From Podarcis bocagei (lineage: Eukaryota): 64,000 bases of DNA. A model generated the notes under the pieces. The model searched no databases. It was given only the letters and a program-made list of their open reading frames with translations, and was not told where the DNA came from. This document shows positions 48,582 to 60,435 of the stretch, piece by piece. Each line of letters starts with the position of its first letter. The stretch's first letter is position 1. The stretch lies in the NCBI GenBank assembly GCA_964188305.1, contig OZ076886.1, one strand, 5' to 3'. The position numbers were made by a program, and so were the translations under genes.

Positions 48582-49866
48582 CAAACATAAGCATATTGCA
48601 GGATGTATCTTAGGACCCTGCAATATGCTTATGTTTGGGTAACAAACACAGTGTGTGGCAGGTTTATAAATTACAACAGGAGCTGTACAGAGACTTCAGT
48701 GGTACTATCTGAGTCAAGAAGACAAGATTTGACAATCCTGATTTTCCAAAGCCTCCTCCACTGGTTTCCCAACCCTATCAACATTCTCCAGTGAATTACT
48801 ATCCATTTTCTAAAGGGTGAAAATAATTTTAGCCCAGTGAAAAGAAATGGAGGAAAATGGCTTTTTATGAGATTCCAGTGAGACAGAAATTCTCAAACTG
48901 TGTGAGCTCCAGGCAGGTTGACTGTGGAAAGGTTGCAGAACATTTGAGAATATCTGTGCTTGGACCTGCACTTGCCTTATTTTTTCTCTCTGAGTAATGG
49001 AGATGGGAGGCCATTTTGACCCAGGGACAGATTTATTGAACAGACAAACAAGTCATTTCCTAGGGCCTGTGATTTTCGTAATAGTGCACTGATTTTGATA
49101 ATGGTGCCAGAACCATCAAAAAGGTTTATTAAGTGGACTGCTAAGACCTCCAGCAATTTACAAGTGGTCTGCCAAGAAAATAAATAAAATAAAAATTGAA
49201 AACTGCTGCAGTAGAAACTTAACATTGCTAGAACCATTTGAGGAAAAGCAATCAAGCTGAACTTAATTTTCTATGGTGTAACCCATCTTAAGCCAAGATC
49301 TGTTTTTTAATGGACACTTCTTCAACTCAGTTTTTAATAAGAGATTCAGAACATGATTTCTAGACCTTTAAAATGATACAAGTGGCACTCTTGCAGCCCA
49401 ACAATGGGGCAGGTTTTGGCACCTTCCAGATCAGAGGGATTTCTTCCAGGAAGAGGTGATTGATGAGAACAGCAGTTCTCATTGTAAGACCTTATGAATT
49501 ACACCAATGAGACCTTTCCAAAGATGTCATTGCCAGGCCACTTGTATATATCTTACGCACCAGATTTAAGAATGCATTTGAGGGTTTTCATGGCGGGGGG
49601 GGGGGGGGTATTGTTGTTGGCCCATAACCCAATGGTAGGGCATATACTCTGCCTCAGGTCTCATCTCTGCTACTTCCAACCTTAATAAAGAGATGTTTGG
49701 TAGCAGGGCTGGGGAAGTTCCCTGCTTGAAACCATGGACAATCAGGGCCCAGGCAGAGTAGACAGTTCTGGGCCCACCTATTCCCACCTCTCCCTATTGA
49801 CTATTTTGTCTTGTCTTTACAAGTTCCTTGCATAGTAAGACACATTTCTGTTATTTCTGCTTTCAG

Positions 49867-50109
49867 TATCTAGTTACAGAATGGCTGAATGACAAGGCAG
49901 AGAAACAGGAGTGCCCCATTGAGTGCCCTTTACGTATCACCACTGACCCAACCGTGCTGGCTACCACCCTCAATATGTTGCCAGGCCTTGTCCACTCCCC
50001 CCTCATTTGCACCACGCCCAAACACTACATCCGTTTTGGTTCTCCCTTCACCCCAGAAAGGCGAAGGCGGCCGGTTCAGCTGGATGGGAACTACAGCTCA
50101 TGCAAAAAG
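49867..50109 (+). CDS. SETD5: SETD5 coding exon ([36 protein letters not shown]...SSCKK)
   Basis: CTTTCAG| ... AAG|GTATGT, 243 nt. Confidence 0.97.
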
Positions 50110-50481
50110 GTATGTCTGCTTTTGGTTGTGGTCCGTGCACTTGGCCCAATATTTCTTTTTTAAAAAAAGAAAAGAAATTTGAATGTCTAATGAACATGCA
50201 TGACTTTCCTTAAAGCACCCCAAAATATGCCCAGGTTTGGTTTACTGAAACTCTTCCTGGAAAAGAAACATACAACTAAAATTGTTTTAACTGGTTCTCG
50301 TATTTTCAGTGGATGTAGGGAACAGCTTCTCCCTGCTTACAACACTGCCTCATGACACTTTAAAAATTACAGAAAAGGCATGGTCTTCTTCCATAGGCTC
50401 ACTAGCTGTTCCTAGATGTGAATAGATTATGCACTGCATGCATTGTTAGAAAGACAAGACTGGTGTGTTTGAACTCCTATA

Positions 50482-50697
50482 CAGTGGTACCTCAGGTTAA
50501 GAACTTAATTCGTTCTGGAGGTCCGTTCTTAACCTAAAATTGTTTCTTAACCCGAGGTACCAATTTAGCTAATGGGGCCTCACGCCACCGCCACACAATT
50601 TCTGTTCTCATCCTGAAGCAAAGTTCTTAACCCGAGGTACTATTTCTGGGTTAGCGGAGTCTGTAACCTGAAGCATCTGTAACCCGAGGTACCACTG
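50482..50697 (+). mobile_element. Tc1/mariner-type MITE, family A
   Basis: TIRs CAGTGGTACCTC / GAGGTACCACTG with TA TSD. Confidence 0.9.
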
Positions 50698-52762
50698 TAT
50701 TTAAATACAGGCTCTTGCAGGATTTCTTAAAACGCTTTATTGTATGGGTTTAAAAAACTGCAGTAGCTGAAACATCTAAGTAGTAATTGATGCACCTTGC
50801 CTACTGGGACTAAGATTCTAAATTAGGTGCACTGTACACATCTTGAATTTTGTGGTTGCCAAGATATTGCTGATTGAGATCTCTTGAACAGAGATAACCT
50901 GTGATGATTCTCGGTTAGGTGAGCAGGAAGGAAAGTGCATTTCACACCTGTTTTCTCTCTGCACCGCAAGCTGTAGCTAGATTAGGGAGACTCGGAAAGT
51001 CAAGAGTATCTGTTTCAAGAAGGGCTTTGCATAGCCCAGGACTGGGTGTGAGACATTCACCATGATGCACACATTGTGATGCCAGCTCTAGATTTTCCGT
51101 AGACAAGTTTTCATTTTAATCTTTTGCTTTATTTTTCTAGGCTACTAGTTACGTTGTGTGTCTAATGCTTTCTTTAAATGTATTTTTTGCCTTGAGAGGC
51201 AATACCTACTCAGAGTCTGCCTAAAGCAGCTTGTTTTTCATGCCTTACAAAGGCAGGATTAATAGCTGGGTTTCCAGAGGGCTCTAAGCTGCAAAGGAAT
51301 GGCCCATGGACACAGGAATGCCCTGTATGCAGTTTCCTGGGCCTCACGAGTTACCTGGTATAAAACAACAAAACAACCCCCCACCCATAAAATTGTGTCA
51401 ACATAACCCCTCAGGCAGATAAGCAGATTGGGAGTCTATTCTGGTTTAGGCTGCTTAAGTAATGAAAGTAGTTCTCATAATACATGACAGCTTTTTAATA
51501 AAGCTAATATTTGGGTATCTTGCTTGTATTTTGCCAAGTTGCCTGTCAAGGGCAAGGTTCAAGAAAGGGGATAGCCAGCAACAGGACTATGAGGAAGTGG
51601 CTTCTGTCTACTTGAGTCTTGAGTGGGCCAATGCATTTCCACAACTATCTTGAACACCCACAAGGGCTTTGAAACTTGTTTTCCAACAAAATTGTGGGAT
51701 GGTCTATGTGCACATTTGCGTGGTGAGTCTAGAGCAGCATAGGATGGCCATACTACTGGTCGTCTCTATTTCTTTGCCTGCTTTTGTTGAATGTATATTC
51801 TATGCTGCAACCAGGCCAGAAATGGGCTCCCAGCATTTCCTTTTAGACTGCTAAGCATATCTTTGCCATATCTTGCTCTGACACAGCGGGATAAGCCGTA
51901 TTTAGAATGCACCTTCTGCTAATTGGGCCCTGAATCCGGTTCATTTCTCCGTGTGAATGTCCTGGCCAGCTAACCCCAGTGTGCTTTTGGGCACAAAGCA
52001 AAGAATTCAATTTTACTTTCCTAATTTCAGTTTAGAGCATTAATAACATAATCCTGTGTGCTTAATTAGCATCGGTAATTTCCAGATTTGGTTTTACCGT
52101 GTGCGTGTTCAACATATGAGAGTCTTGGACTAGGTAGGAGTGGCAAGCTGTTGTTTTTATGTTTCCATATGCTAAAATAGTGGTACCTCCCTAGTAAAAA
52201 AAAAAGGCAAAGCAAAAAAGCCGGATGCTGGCGTTCAAATCTTTTCATATAAAGATACTGTTCTAGTTGTCATGGCTTGTGGAGATGCATTTGAAAATGG
52301 GCTATAATAGGTGAATGGCTCAGAGTCCAAGGGGATGAAACTTTTGGCCTGCACTGGCTCCCTCTCTCTCCTTTAAGGCTCCTAGCTAAGTTTCCCTACA
52401 CACAAGCCCCTGTTGCCCTCCCTGCCTTAGGCCATTTCCTTCTCCTACTGCACCATCATTTGCCAGTTAAAAATATGGGCTCAGCCTAAAACATGTATAT
52501 TGAGTGACGTCATGGAAAATAGACTATTTGCATAGAGGCATCACTTATTTTTAGTAAAAACAACAACTTTGAGTTGGGGTACAGGTTGTAAACGGCCCCA
52601 CCCATAAAGCGATTGAGGTGAAAACAGATCCTCCCCATCCCCTGGGGCATTGACCAATAACAGATGGAAATTGCTGAAAGTGGTCTGTTGCAAGTCGGGG
52701 GCGGGGGGAGAAACACTTTAAGTGGGAGCCTGTGCATTATTAAGCAAGGTTTGTTTTTGCAG

Positions 52763-52892
52763 CGTTGGATGAAGCAGGCTCTGGAAGAAGGGATGACTCA
52801 GACCTCAGCTGCTTCCCAAGAGAACAGAACTCAGTGTCTATACCAAAGCAACGAGAGCGGTAGCACTTCTGGCATCTGCAAGGAAAACGCAG
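52763..52892 (+). CDS. SETD5: SETD5 coding exon ([15 protein letters not shown]...CKENA)
   Basis: TTTTTGCAG| ... G|GTTGGT, 130 nt. Confidence 0.95.
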
Positions 52893-53035
52893 GTTGGTTG
52901 AGAGGCCTCCATGTTTCAGTGGTGCACCGTGGACGTCGTTTCAGTTTTCCACTCCTTGAAGGGCCACTTAGAAAGCAAGCAAGCATGATTGCAGTCAATA
53001 ACTCTACATAACTCTGGCCTCCGTGTACTAACCAG

Positions 53036-53197
53036 TTTATTTATTCGTTTGTTTACTGCATTTGTATCTCACCTCGTTCTCCAAGGAACTCGAGGTGGAG
53101 TGCATAGTTATTCCCCTCCTCAATTAGTCTTCTGAACAACCCCATGAGGTAGGTTAGGCTGAGAAGCAGTGACTGGTTCAAGGTCACTCAGTGAGCT
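53036..53197 (-). mobile_element. MIR/CORE-type SINE fragment
   Basis: AACAACCCCATGAGGTAGGTTAGGCTGAGA..CAAGGTCACTCAG core-like motif with a (TTTA)n end. Confidence 0.6.
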
Positions 53198-53264
53198 AGT
53201 GAGCAATAATAGGTACAGTGCACATAGAGTTGCATAGTGTTTTGCTACCTGTTGATACAGGCAG

Positions 53265-53331
53265 CTTCTTCTTCTTCTTCTTCTTCTTCTTCTTCTTCTT
53301 CTTCTTCTTCTTCTTCTTCTTCTTCTTCTTC
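53265..53331. repeat. (CTT)n microsatellite
   Basis: Direct inspection. Confidence 0.97.
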
Positions 53332-53442
53332 ATTCCTTCTTGTTATTTCCCAACAACTCAGGAGCCCAGGGTTTGTGATGGATTAGAGCTCAGAAATGCC
53401 ACTCTCCTCATTGTATAACATCCTGTCCTTCACAGCTCCTCA

Positions 53443-53585
53443 GGTTGCTACGGTGGTTAGAGCGTGGTGCTAGCACCAAGGTTGTGGGCTCGAACCCCGT
53501 ATGGGCCACCTCCATATTCCTGCATTGCGGGGGGTTGGACTGTGAACCTGGGGGTCCCTTCCAGTTCTACAATTCTGTGACTATG
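53443..53585 (+). mobile_element. tRNA-derived SINE with CR1-like tail
   Basis: GTGGTTAGAGCGTGG..GGCTCGAACCCC head; GGGTTGGACT..GGTCCCTTCCAGTTCTACAATTCTGTGA tail. Confidence 0.72.
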
Positions 53586-54987
53586 GCATGGGCCTGTTGC
53601 CATTCTGCAGATATCAACCCACCTGTTAGCCTGCTCCTGAGGGGAATGCAAGGGGGAACAAGCAGAAAAACCGCACAAGCTGCGTGAATGGTGTTTCTTT
53701 TGCCGGGTGACTACTCATTCTGACATTTCCCTTGCAGAGGGGGGCAGGGAGGAGTGTAAGAAGGGGATCCTCCTTTTCCAAGATCAAGAGAACCCATTCC
53801 CCTTTGGGCTTCATCTAGAAACAGAGACCTTATTCCCAGGGAGGAAGTGCACTGCACCAAACCCAGTGCTACCACCTTCCTCCACTTGCTGGGAAAATAA
53901 CTGGTTAAAAGAGCAGGCACCTGGTTGCAGAACAGCCACTCTGCAGCACCGGAGCATACATCTGTGAGCAAAGCAAAAAGACAAGTTTTAAAAACAGTAA
54001 CTTTGCATCTGTCTTTGCAGAGGAAGAGGGTGGCGATCTATCCAAGTCAGGGATCAGTTTTCCAAGGACGCGAGACGAGGCCCTAGGCAGTGTACAGATA
54101 ACTGTGTGTTACACAAAGGTTAGAGGCATCGAAAGCAGAAAAGCACTAGTTCTGGGCAAATTGCAATTTTAAGCGAGAGGTGGGTGGGGGGAGCAGAAAA
54201 GGCTCTCTGGTGATCTTTCTAAGAGGCTTCTATGGGTTGGATTCTTTGAGTTAAAAGTTGTCCAGTGGCATTTCTTAGGACCACGAAATCATTTGGCTTT
54301 TGAGGGGTTTCTTGCAACTCAGATTAAGTTCTGTCACAGGACGTAAAGAAGTGCTGGGAAGGGCAGGCCTATGCAACTCCCTTGTTAATAGGGTGGCGGG
54401 AGAGAAGAGAGGTGCTGTTGTGGCTTGAGAAGGAAGGGAAATTGGGGGGAGGACTGTGTACAAGATTCTTATGCAAGGGACAGCTCACATATGCAAGTCA
54501 GCATCTTGGGGGAACAACTCAAGAGTGCTTTTTGCAGCTACTGAAATCAATAGTTGTGGGGTTGGGGATCTAACCTACCAGCAAAAACTTGGCAAATGAC
54601 CTCCCACTATCCACTTACAACTATCCCGGGGCTGCTGTTAGGCAAAGGTTTGCATTGTGTGTTGAAGGGTAGAGCACAATCTTATCAGTAGATGGATGGA
54701 AACACTGGAGCAGCCCTAGTTCCCTTGGAATAGTTGACTCTTACTGGTTAGAAGGCAACTGTGGTTTTTTGGCCAACAGGATTGATGTCTGTCGATGGAA
54801 TATCGGCTAATAGAGGTTCCCTTTGGGATGCAGGTGGGCAGCTTGCAGCTCTGAGCCAGATTCCATTTGGCCTGATTCCTTTTGTGTGGCAAGGAGGGAA
54901 AGAGGAGAAGGTATTGGAGAGCAGAGTGGACACTTTGACCTCTGACCCCACTCTCACTTTTGGCTCAGGCTCCACCCATCACCAATA

Positions 54988-55193
54988 CAGTGGTACCTCG
55001 GGTTAAGAACTTAATTCGTTCTGGAGGTCCATTCTTAACCTGAAACTGTTCTTAAACTGAGGTACCACACTAGCTAATGGTGCCTCCCACTGCCACCACG
55101 CGATTTCTGTTCTCATCCTGAAGTAAAGTTCTTAACCAGAAGTACTAGTTCTGAGTCTGTAACCTGAAGCGTTTGTAACCCGAGGTACCACTG
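54988..55193 (+). mobile_element. Tc1/mariner-type MITE, family A
   Basis: TIRs CAGTGGTACCTCGGGTTA / TAACCCGAGGTACCACTG with TA TSD. Confidence 0.9.
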
Positions 55194-56308
55194 TATGTGA
55201 CTCCAGCAGATTACCCTCCAGGGCATGTGACCCCCCCAGCAGAAAAAAGGCTGCCTGCCCTGCTTTAGACGTTCTACTGATAGTGTGACGGGTGGCTTAC
55301 TGATGAGCAGCTACTTTGCAGCTGGGAAAAGTGTTTCAAGTTATCCAACTGTACGAGTGGGCGAAAGAAGCCTTGGTCTATTGAGAAAGAGAGATTAGCT
55401 TGTGTGTGCAGATGCAAAACACTCCAGTTGAAGGAAAGTGGGGGCTTCAAAGTTCTCTTTTGGTCTTGCCATCAGTAGCTGGTCTCTACCCTAGCAGGAG
55501 ACTTGCTGCTGCAAGGGTAGTGGAATTTTGACAAAATAAAATTAACAAGGCCTCACCAGTGAAGATTGCTTGGTGCCTGAGGATAGAGATAATAGAGCCG
55601 AACAACCCTTTTACTGTACTTTGAGGATTGATTTGAAAGCATTGGGGGCAGTAAAGAGTGCAGAGAGGGAGGCCTGGATGTTGTCAACAGGAAACTTAAC
55701 AGGGGGACTTGTGGGCATTCCTGCAGGACCTGCTGGATGTTTCCTGCAAGGACTAGTTCTTGTTCCGCCTTGTTTTGAATCCTTGCCAGATTTCCCATCA
55801 GCCTAATGAGTGCAAGGAAGATGCACCATTCCTAGCTCAGGAAGACTGCAGGTAAATGAAAGGAAGCTTCACAAGGAAGTGATGCGGCTGAGTGGCAGAG
55901 GGAGAGGCTTGGGTTATCACTTTCTGGGCCACGACCCTGTCTTTTGGCAAGATACATACTGCTGTGTTGGTGGAGATAATATGGAGATGATGTAGAGAGG
56001 CTTAGATTTTGGACAACCTAGACCTTATTAGCTTGTTGATTGCTTTTGGTTTGGACCCTTTTTTAATCTCAGCGAGTTCCCTTGAGCCCTGAAATTGGCC
56101 CCCTTTCTTACCTCCCCCTGTTTTGGTAGTGCTCCTCTTTGGAGAAAAGAAGGGTTCTTTTAGAGAGAGAGAGGGAGAGCTGAAGAGTTGTCAGTATGGC
56201 AAGAACCAGTCAAAAATTTAAAGATTCGTGTAGGGGGAGTAGATGATGAGCGTGGATTGGGGCTTTGTAATGGTAGAGTCACTACCTGGATGCTGTGTTG
56301 CCTTTCAG

Positions 56309-56562
56309 ATTTCCTGAGCCCCCTGAAGAAGTGGAAGTCTCGCTATCTAATGGAGCAGAGTGTTACCAAGTTATTGAGACCGCTTTCTCCAGTCACTCCC
56401 CCACTTCCCGACCCCTCGGTTCCAGATGCGCTGAGCCCACACCTCACCACGTCCTCCTCATCCATGCCAGGAGAGGAGGAATGTCGAAGTAGCTGCGGTG
56501 TGATCTTCTCACCAATTCCCTCCTTGGCTGCTAGTCGTTGTAATACTCCACTACAGTTTGAG
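56309..56562 (+). CDS. SETD5: SETD5 coding exon ([16 protein letters not shown]...[10 protein letters not shown])
   Basis: CCTTTCAG| ... GAG|GTAAGT, 254 nt. Confidence 0.96.
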
Positions 56563-58633
56563 GTAAGTTGGGGGGCAGGATGGCAGCTTTCCCTGCAGAC
56601 CTAGGATGTATGCATCAAAACTCCTTGGAAAGACACAGGTAGACCTAAGAAACGAGAAGATAGGTTTTTTAAAGAATCCTGTGTATTCCGAGAATTTGGC
56701 ACCTGCAGATTATAAAGTCCCTATTCTCCTTTATTGTTATGCACAGTAGATGGATACTAGAGTGTGCAAAGAGTTACAGGTTACCAGAAACACTATTCCC
56801 TGCCCTCTGGTTCACTTAATCTCAGCTTCCCTACCCCAGTAGTATCCAGAGATGCTGTCAGCTTCTGGGCTGCTGCTCTCCTGCATTCACCTCTTAGCAA
56901 ACTCTAAGCTTTGGAGAACATTAGCTGTATTGCATCCCAAGAATTCCCCATCTGCATGATGTGTTTCCTGTTCTTCTTACAGCCATTTGCCTCCCCCTTT
57001 CAAAACTTCTGTAAACCTTTGTAGTGCAATGCAGGTGTGAGTTGTGCAGGTAGCCTCAGTTTTGCAGTTTCCCTCATGACAAGCACGTGCCAGTGCTTTC
57101 ATTCTGAAGCATCCCATTTTCTAACTTTTTATTGTGTCCCATATTTGTGCTTTGGGTGGAGTTGGCGCTTCCGATTCCCATTTTTCAATATTGGGCCACT
57201 AAACTCTTTAGGTCTGCTGCTGCCCCTTAGCAAAACTCCCTGGAAATGTCTATTCTTATGAAAGTTGAGATGACCACAATTTGGGATTCTGGACTTTCTG
57301 CTATTCTCAACTTTCTGCATAATTGTATGGGCTTTGAGTCTGGGCTGTGCATTTCTGTACACATAAGAAAACGCTATTGTACCGAGACAACCCAGACTGT
57401 TGGAATCCAGATTCTGCAGCTTCTAAAACGGTGCAAATCGGAAGCCTTTGCATGATTTCTCGTTCTTTGCAGAACTCTACTTCTGTTTATTTTTTATTTA
57501 ACGAAATGTATGTACCGCTTGATTGTAACATAACCTCTAAGTGGTTTACAAGGAGGATTTATTCTGCTGACTGGGATGGCAGCTCTTAAGCCGCTTTAAA
57601 TCCTGCTCACCAGCAGCCCTGACTCCTAAGATTCCATCAGGCATTGCCCACATATTCTCAAGTGTAGCTTCGCAACCATAGTTGCTCCTTTGGAAAAAAA
57701 AAAAAAGAGAGAAAAAAAATTCTTAAGCTGAATTCTGTGGCTGGTGTCCTGTGGCTTTTCTATACTTCCATATAATTGTAGCATTTCCACCACCGCGATT
57801 ATGGCCCTGCTGCTTGAGCGCAAGTAGGTTGGTCATTATACAGTGCCTGATCATTAATTTTGCTTACTATCCAAATGGCAAGATCCCCAATCACTTTCCC
57901 AGTGCCTTTGGATTCAGGTCTCGTGGGCTCTTGCACAGTTAGGCCACTTCCAGTTCTGCACGGAAACAGAGACAGGACTCGTTGGGCTGGGGGAAATGCA
58001 GAATCGTGGTGTTGCCAGAAGCCACAGAAACTTGAGTGGCCTTAGCTGCACCAGTCTTAGTGAGACAGTGGCATGGGATGTCACTAGGACTTTGTATCTT
58101 GAGACTGGACGTTGGTCCCAATTTGCACTCCTGATTTGAAGCAGCACTTAAGGAGTGTTGGTCATAGCAAACTTCAGTTGGACTTCAAAGGTTTCTGCCC
58201 CGTGTAAGAAAGTGAGCGGCTTCTGCTGCTGTATGACTGAGTTTTCTGCCCACCTGCCCCTCTTTCTGTGTGTTGCAGGGAAAGGAGCCTTTCAATGTGT
58301 TAAAGTTTCTACCACCCATTCTCCCCAGTTTCCCTGTGTTGAGGCTTCCCCTTTTCACACCATTCCACTCATTCATGACACGTTATTTATGTTTCCTTTA
58401 AATTATTTCCTGCTGCATTTCTGCCCGATCCATAATTGTCTTTTTAAAAAAGGAAGAAGCAAGTTAAATAATAGTGCATTGTTAAACAGCAGATAGAAAT
58501 AGTTCAAAGCAGCTTGAGCAGCCATCAAGTTGAGCCTACCTCCTATAAAATCAACAGTGAAGCTATAAAAAGTTACAAAAAAACCCTCAACCACACAAAA
58601 ACAAACACAATAAAAAAATAGCCCAAAGCGCTA

Positions 58634-59023
58634 AGGGCCTTCTGGAGGTTCCCTCACTGCGAGAAGTGAGGTTACAGGGAACCAGGCGGAGGGCCTTCTC
58701 GGTAGTGGCACCTGCCCTATGGAACGCCCTCCCAGCAGATGTCGAGGAAATAAGCAACTAACTTACTTTTAAAGGACATCTGAAGGCAGCCCTGTTTAGG
58801 GAAGTTTTTAATGTTTAATGCTGTATTGTGGTTTTAACATTCGCTTGGGAGCCGCCCAGAGTGGCTGGGGAAACCCAGCCAGATGGGCAGGGTATTAATA
58901 ATAACATCATTCTTCTTCTTCTTCTTCTTCTTCTTCTTCTTCTTCTTCTTCTGTTGGACTATTTTGACTGTTGTTAGCCGCCCTGAGCCCAGCTTCGGCT
59001 GGGGAGGGCGGGATATAAATAAA

Positions 59024-59083
<60 letters not shown>
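58634..59083 (+). mobile_element. L2-clade LINE 3' end, (TTC)n, then a second L2-like 3' terminus with long (ATT)n tail
   Basis: 58634-58905 matches the 46530-46800 region; 58952-59025 has GTTAGCCGCCCTGAG..GGGCGGGATATAAATAAA; (ATT)n to 59083. Confidence 0.8.
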
Positions 59084-59084
<1 letters not shown>

Positions 59085-59213
59085 TCCCAAGCTTGGGAAT
59101 TCAGCTGTTGTTGAACTGCAACTCCCAACATCCCTAGCTAGCAGGACCATTGGTCAGGGATGATGGGAACTGTAGTCCAAAAACAGCTGGAGACCCAAGT
59201 TTGGGAACCCCTG
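59085..59213. mobile_element. Related hAT-type palindromic MITE, diverged
   Basis: AACTGCAACTCCCAACATCCCT ... AGGGATGATGGGAACTGTAGTCC, similar to 14616-14742. Confidence 0.7.
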
Positions 59214-60237
59214 CTCAAGAACATATTTCACTGTGCTTATGTGGTTTAGAGTTTAACCAGTCTTTCTCAATTCCATGTGTTCTCGATGTTTGAACTACAT
59301 ATGCCATCAGCCTAGGAGTTATTGTCCAAAGCATTTGAGGAGCCCCGGGGTGGGGAAGGGTAGTTTAGATAAAAGTACTTGTTGTGGGTCTGTGTCTCAT
59401 GGGCTTCTGCGCTTAGGGATCTGAAGCTGTCTTACCTTGGAAGTGTTCAGAAGCTCAATATTTAATCTGTTATTAGTGGGGGGTTTTAGAGAGAGACCCA
59501 AAGTGACTTTCTTGGTAAGAGGATTTATGGCATGGCGACATCAGCTTAATAAAGGGGTTCTGCCATGTGTCGCTGCTCTTTTTGCCCCAACCAAATGTGG
59601 CTCTCCGGCCAGCACAACCCAGCAGATTCTGAGGGGGGCAGGTCTCCTCCTGCAGCTCGTGCTTTCCAGCACTGCATACCTCAGGAAGGGTCCCTAGGTT
59701 TACGGAGGAAGAGAATGATGCTTTCATGCAACGTTGCAGTTCCAGGTATGGAAGCATCTCCCATGCTTCATGCCCACCTTCCCTCAAGGAGCTAGTACCA
59801 TAATTTCATATCCACTGTATCTCAAGGAGCAGCCAGCTGAGGATTTTCTACATAATGCCTTCACCTTTTAGTCTAGTCTGAAAGCAAGGCATTGTGGGTA
59901 GAGAGTGATACGCCAGCTCTCATCCGAGTGATGGGCTTCGTGAGGTGTTGCTGGTTGGCTGGGCATCCTCGGAACGCAAGGCAATGGAATGATCTCCAGT
60001 TTCTGCGCTGTCCTTTCATCCGGATACTAAAGTTGTAGCATGAGACACAGTAACTCCATCCTGGTTTTTTTCCCTACTCTGAAATCCATGTAATGTGTTT
60101 ACTTCCCCCCCTAAGTGATGAGGCCACCCCTTTGATAGTCTCTTATCCTGCCCCCCACCCCCCGCAAATAGTTGTGGCTAACCTCTATGCTTGTTTCTTT
60201 TCTTTTTTTTTACTTCATTTTATTTTGCTTCTTGACT

Positions 60238-60367
60238 NNNNNNNNNNNNNNNNNNNNNNNNNNNNNNNNNNNNNNNNNNNNNNNNNNNNNNNNNNNNNNN
60301 NNNNNNNNNNNNNNNNNNNNNNNNNNNNNNNNNNNNNNNNNNNNNNNNNNNNNNNNNNNNNNNNNNN
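60238..60367. other. Assembly gap (130 N)
   Basis: Run of N. Confidence 0.99.
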
Positions 60368-60389
60368 AGAGTGTGTAGTTTGCGTGGTG

Positions 60390-60392
<3 letters not shown>

Positions 60393-60432
<40 letters not shown>
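60393..60432. repeat. (GT)n microsatellite next to the assembly gap
   Basis: Direct inspection. Confidence 0.95.
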
Positions 60433-60435
<3 letters not shown>

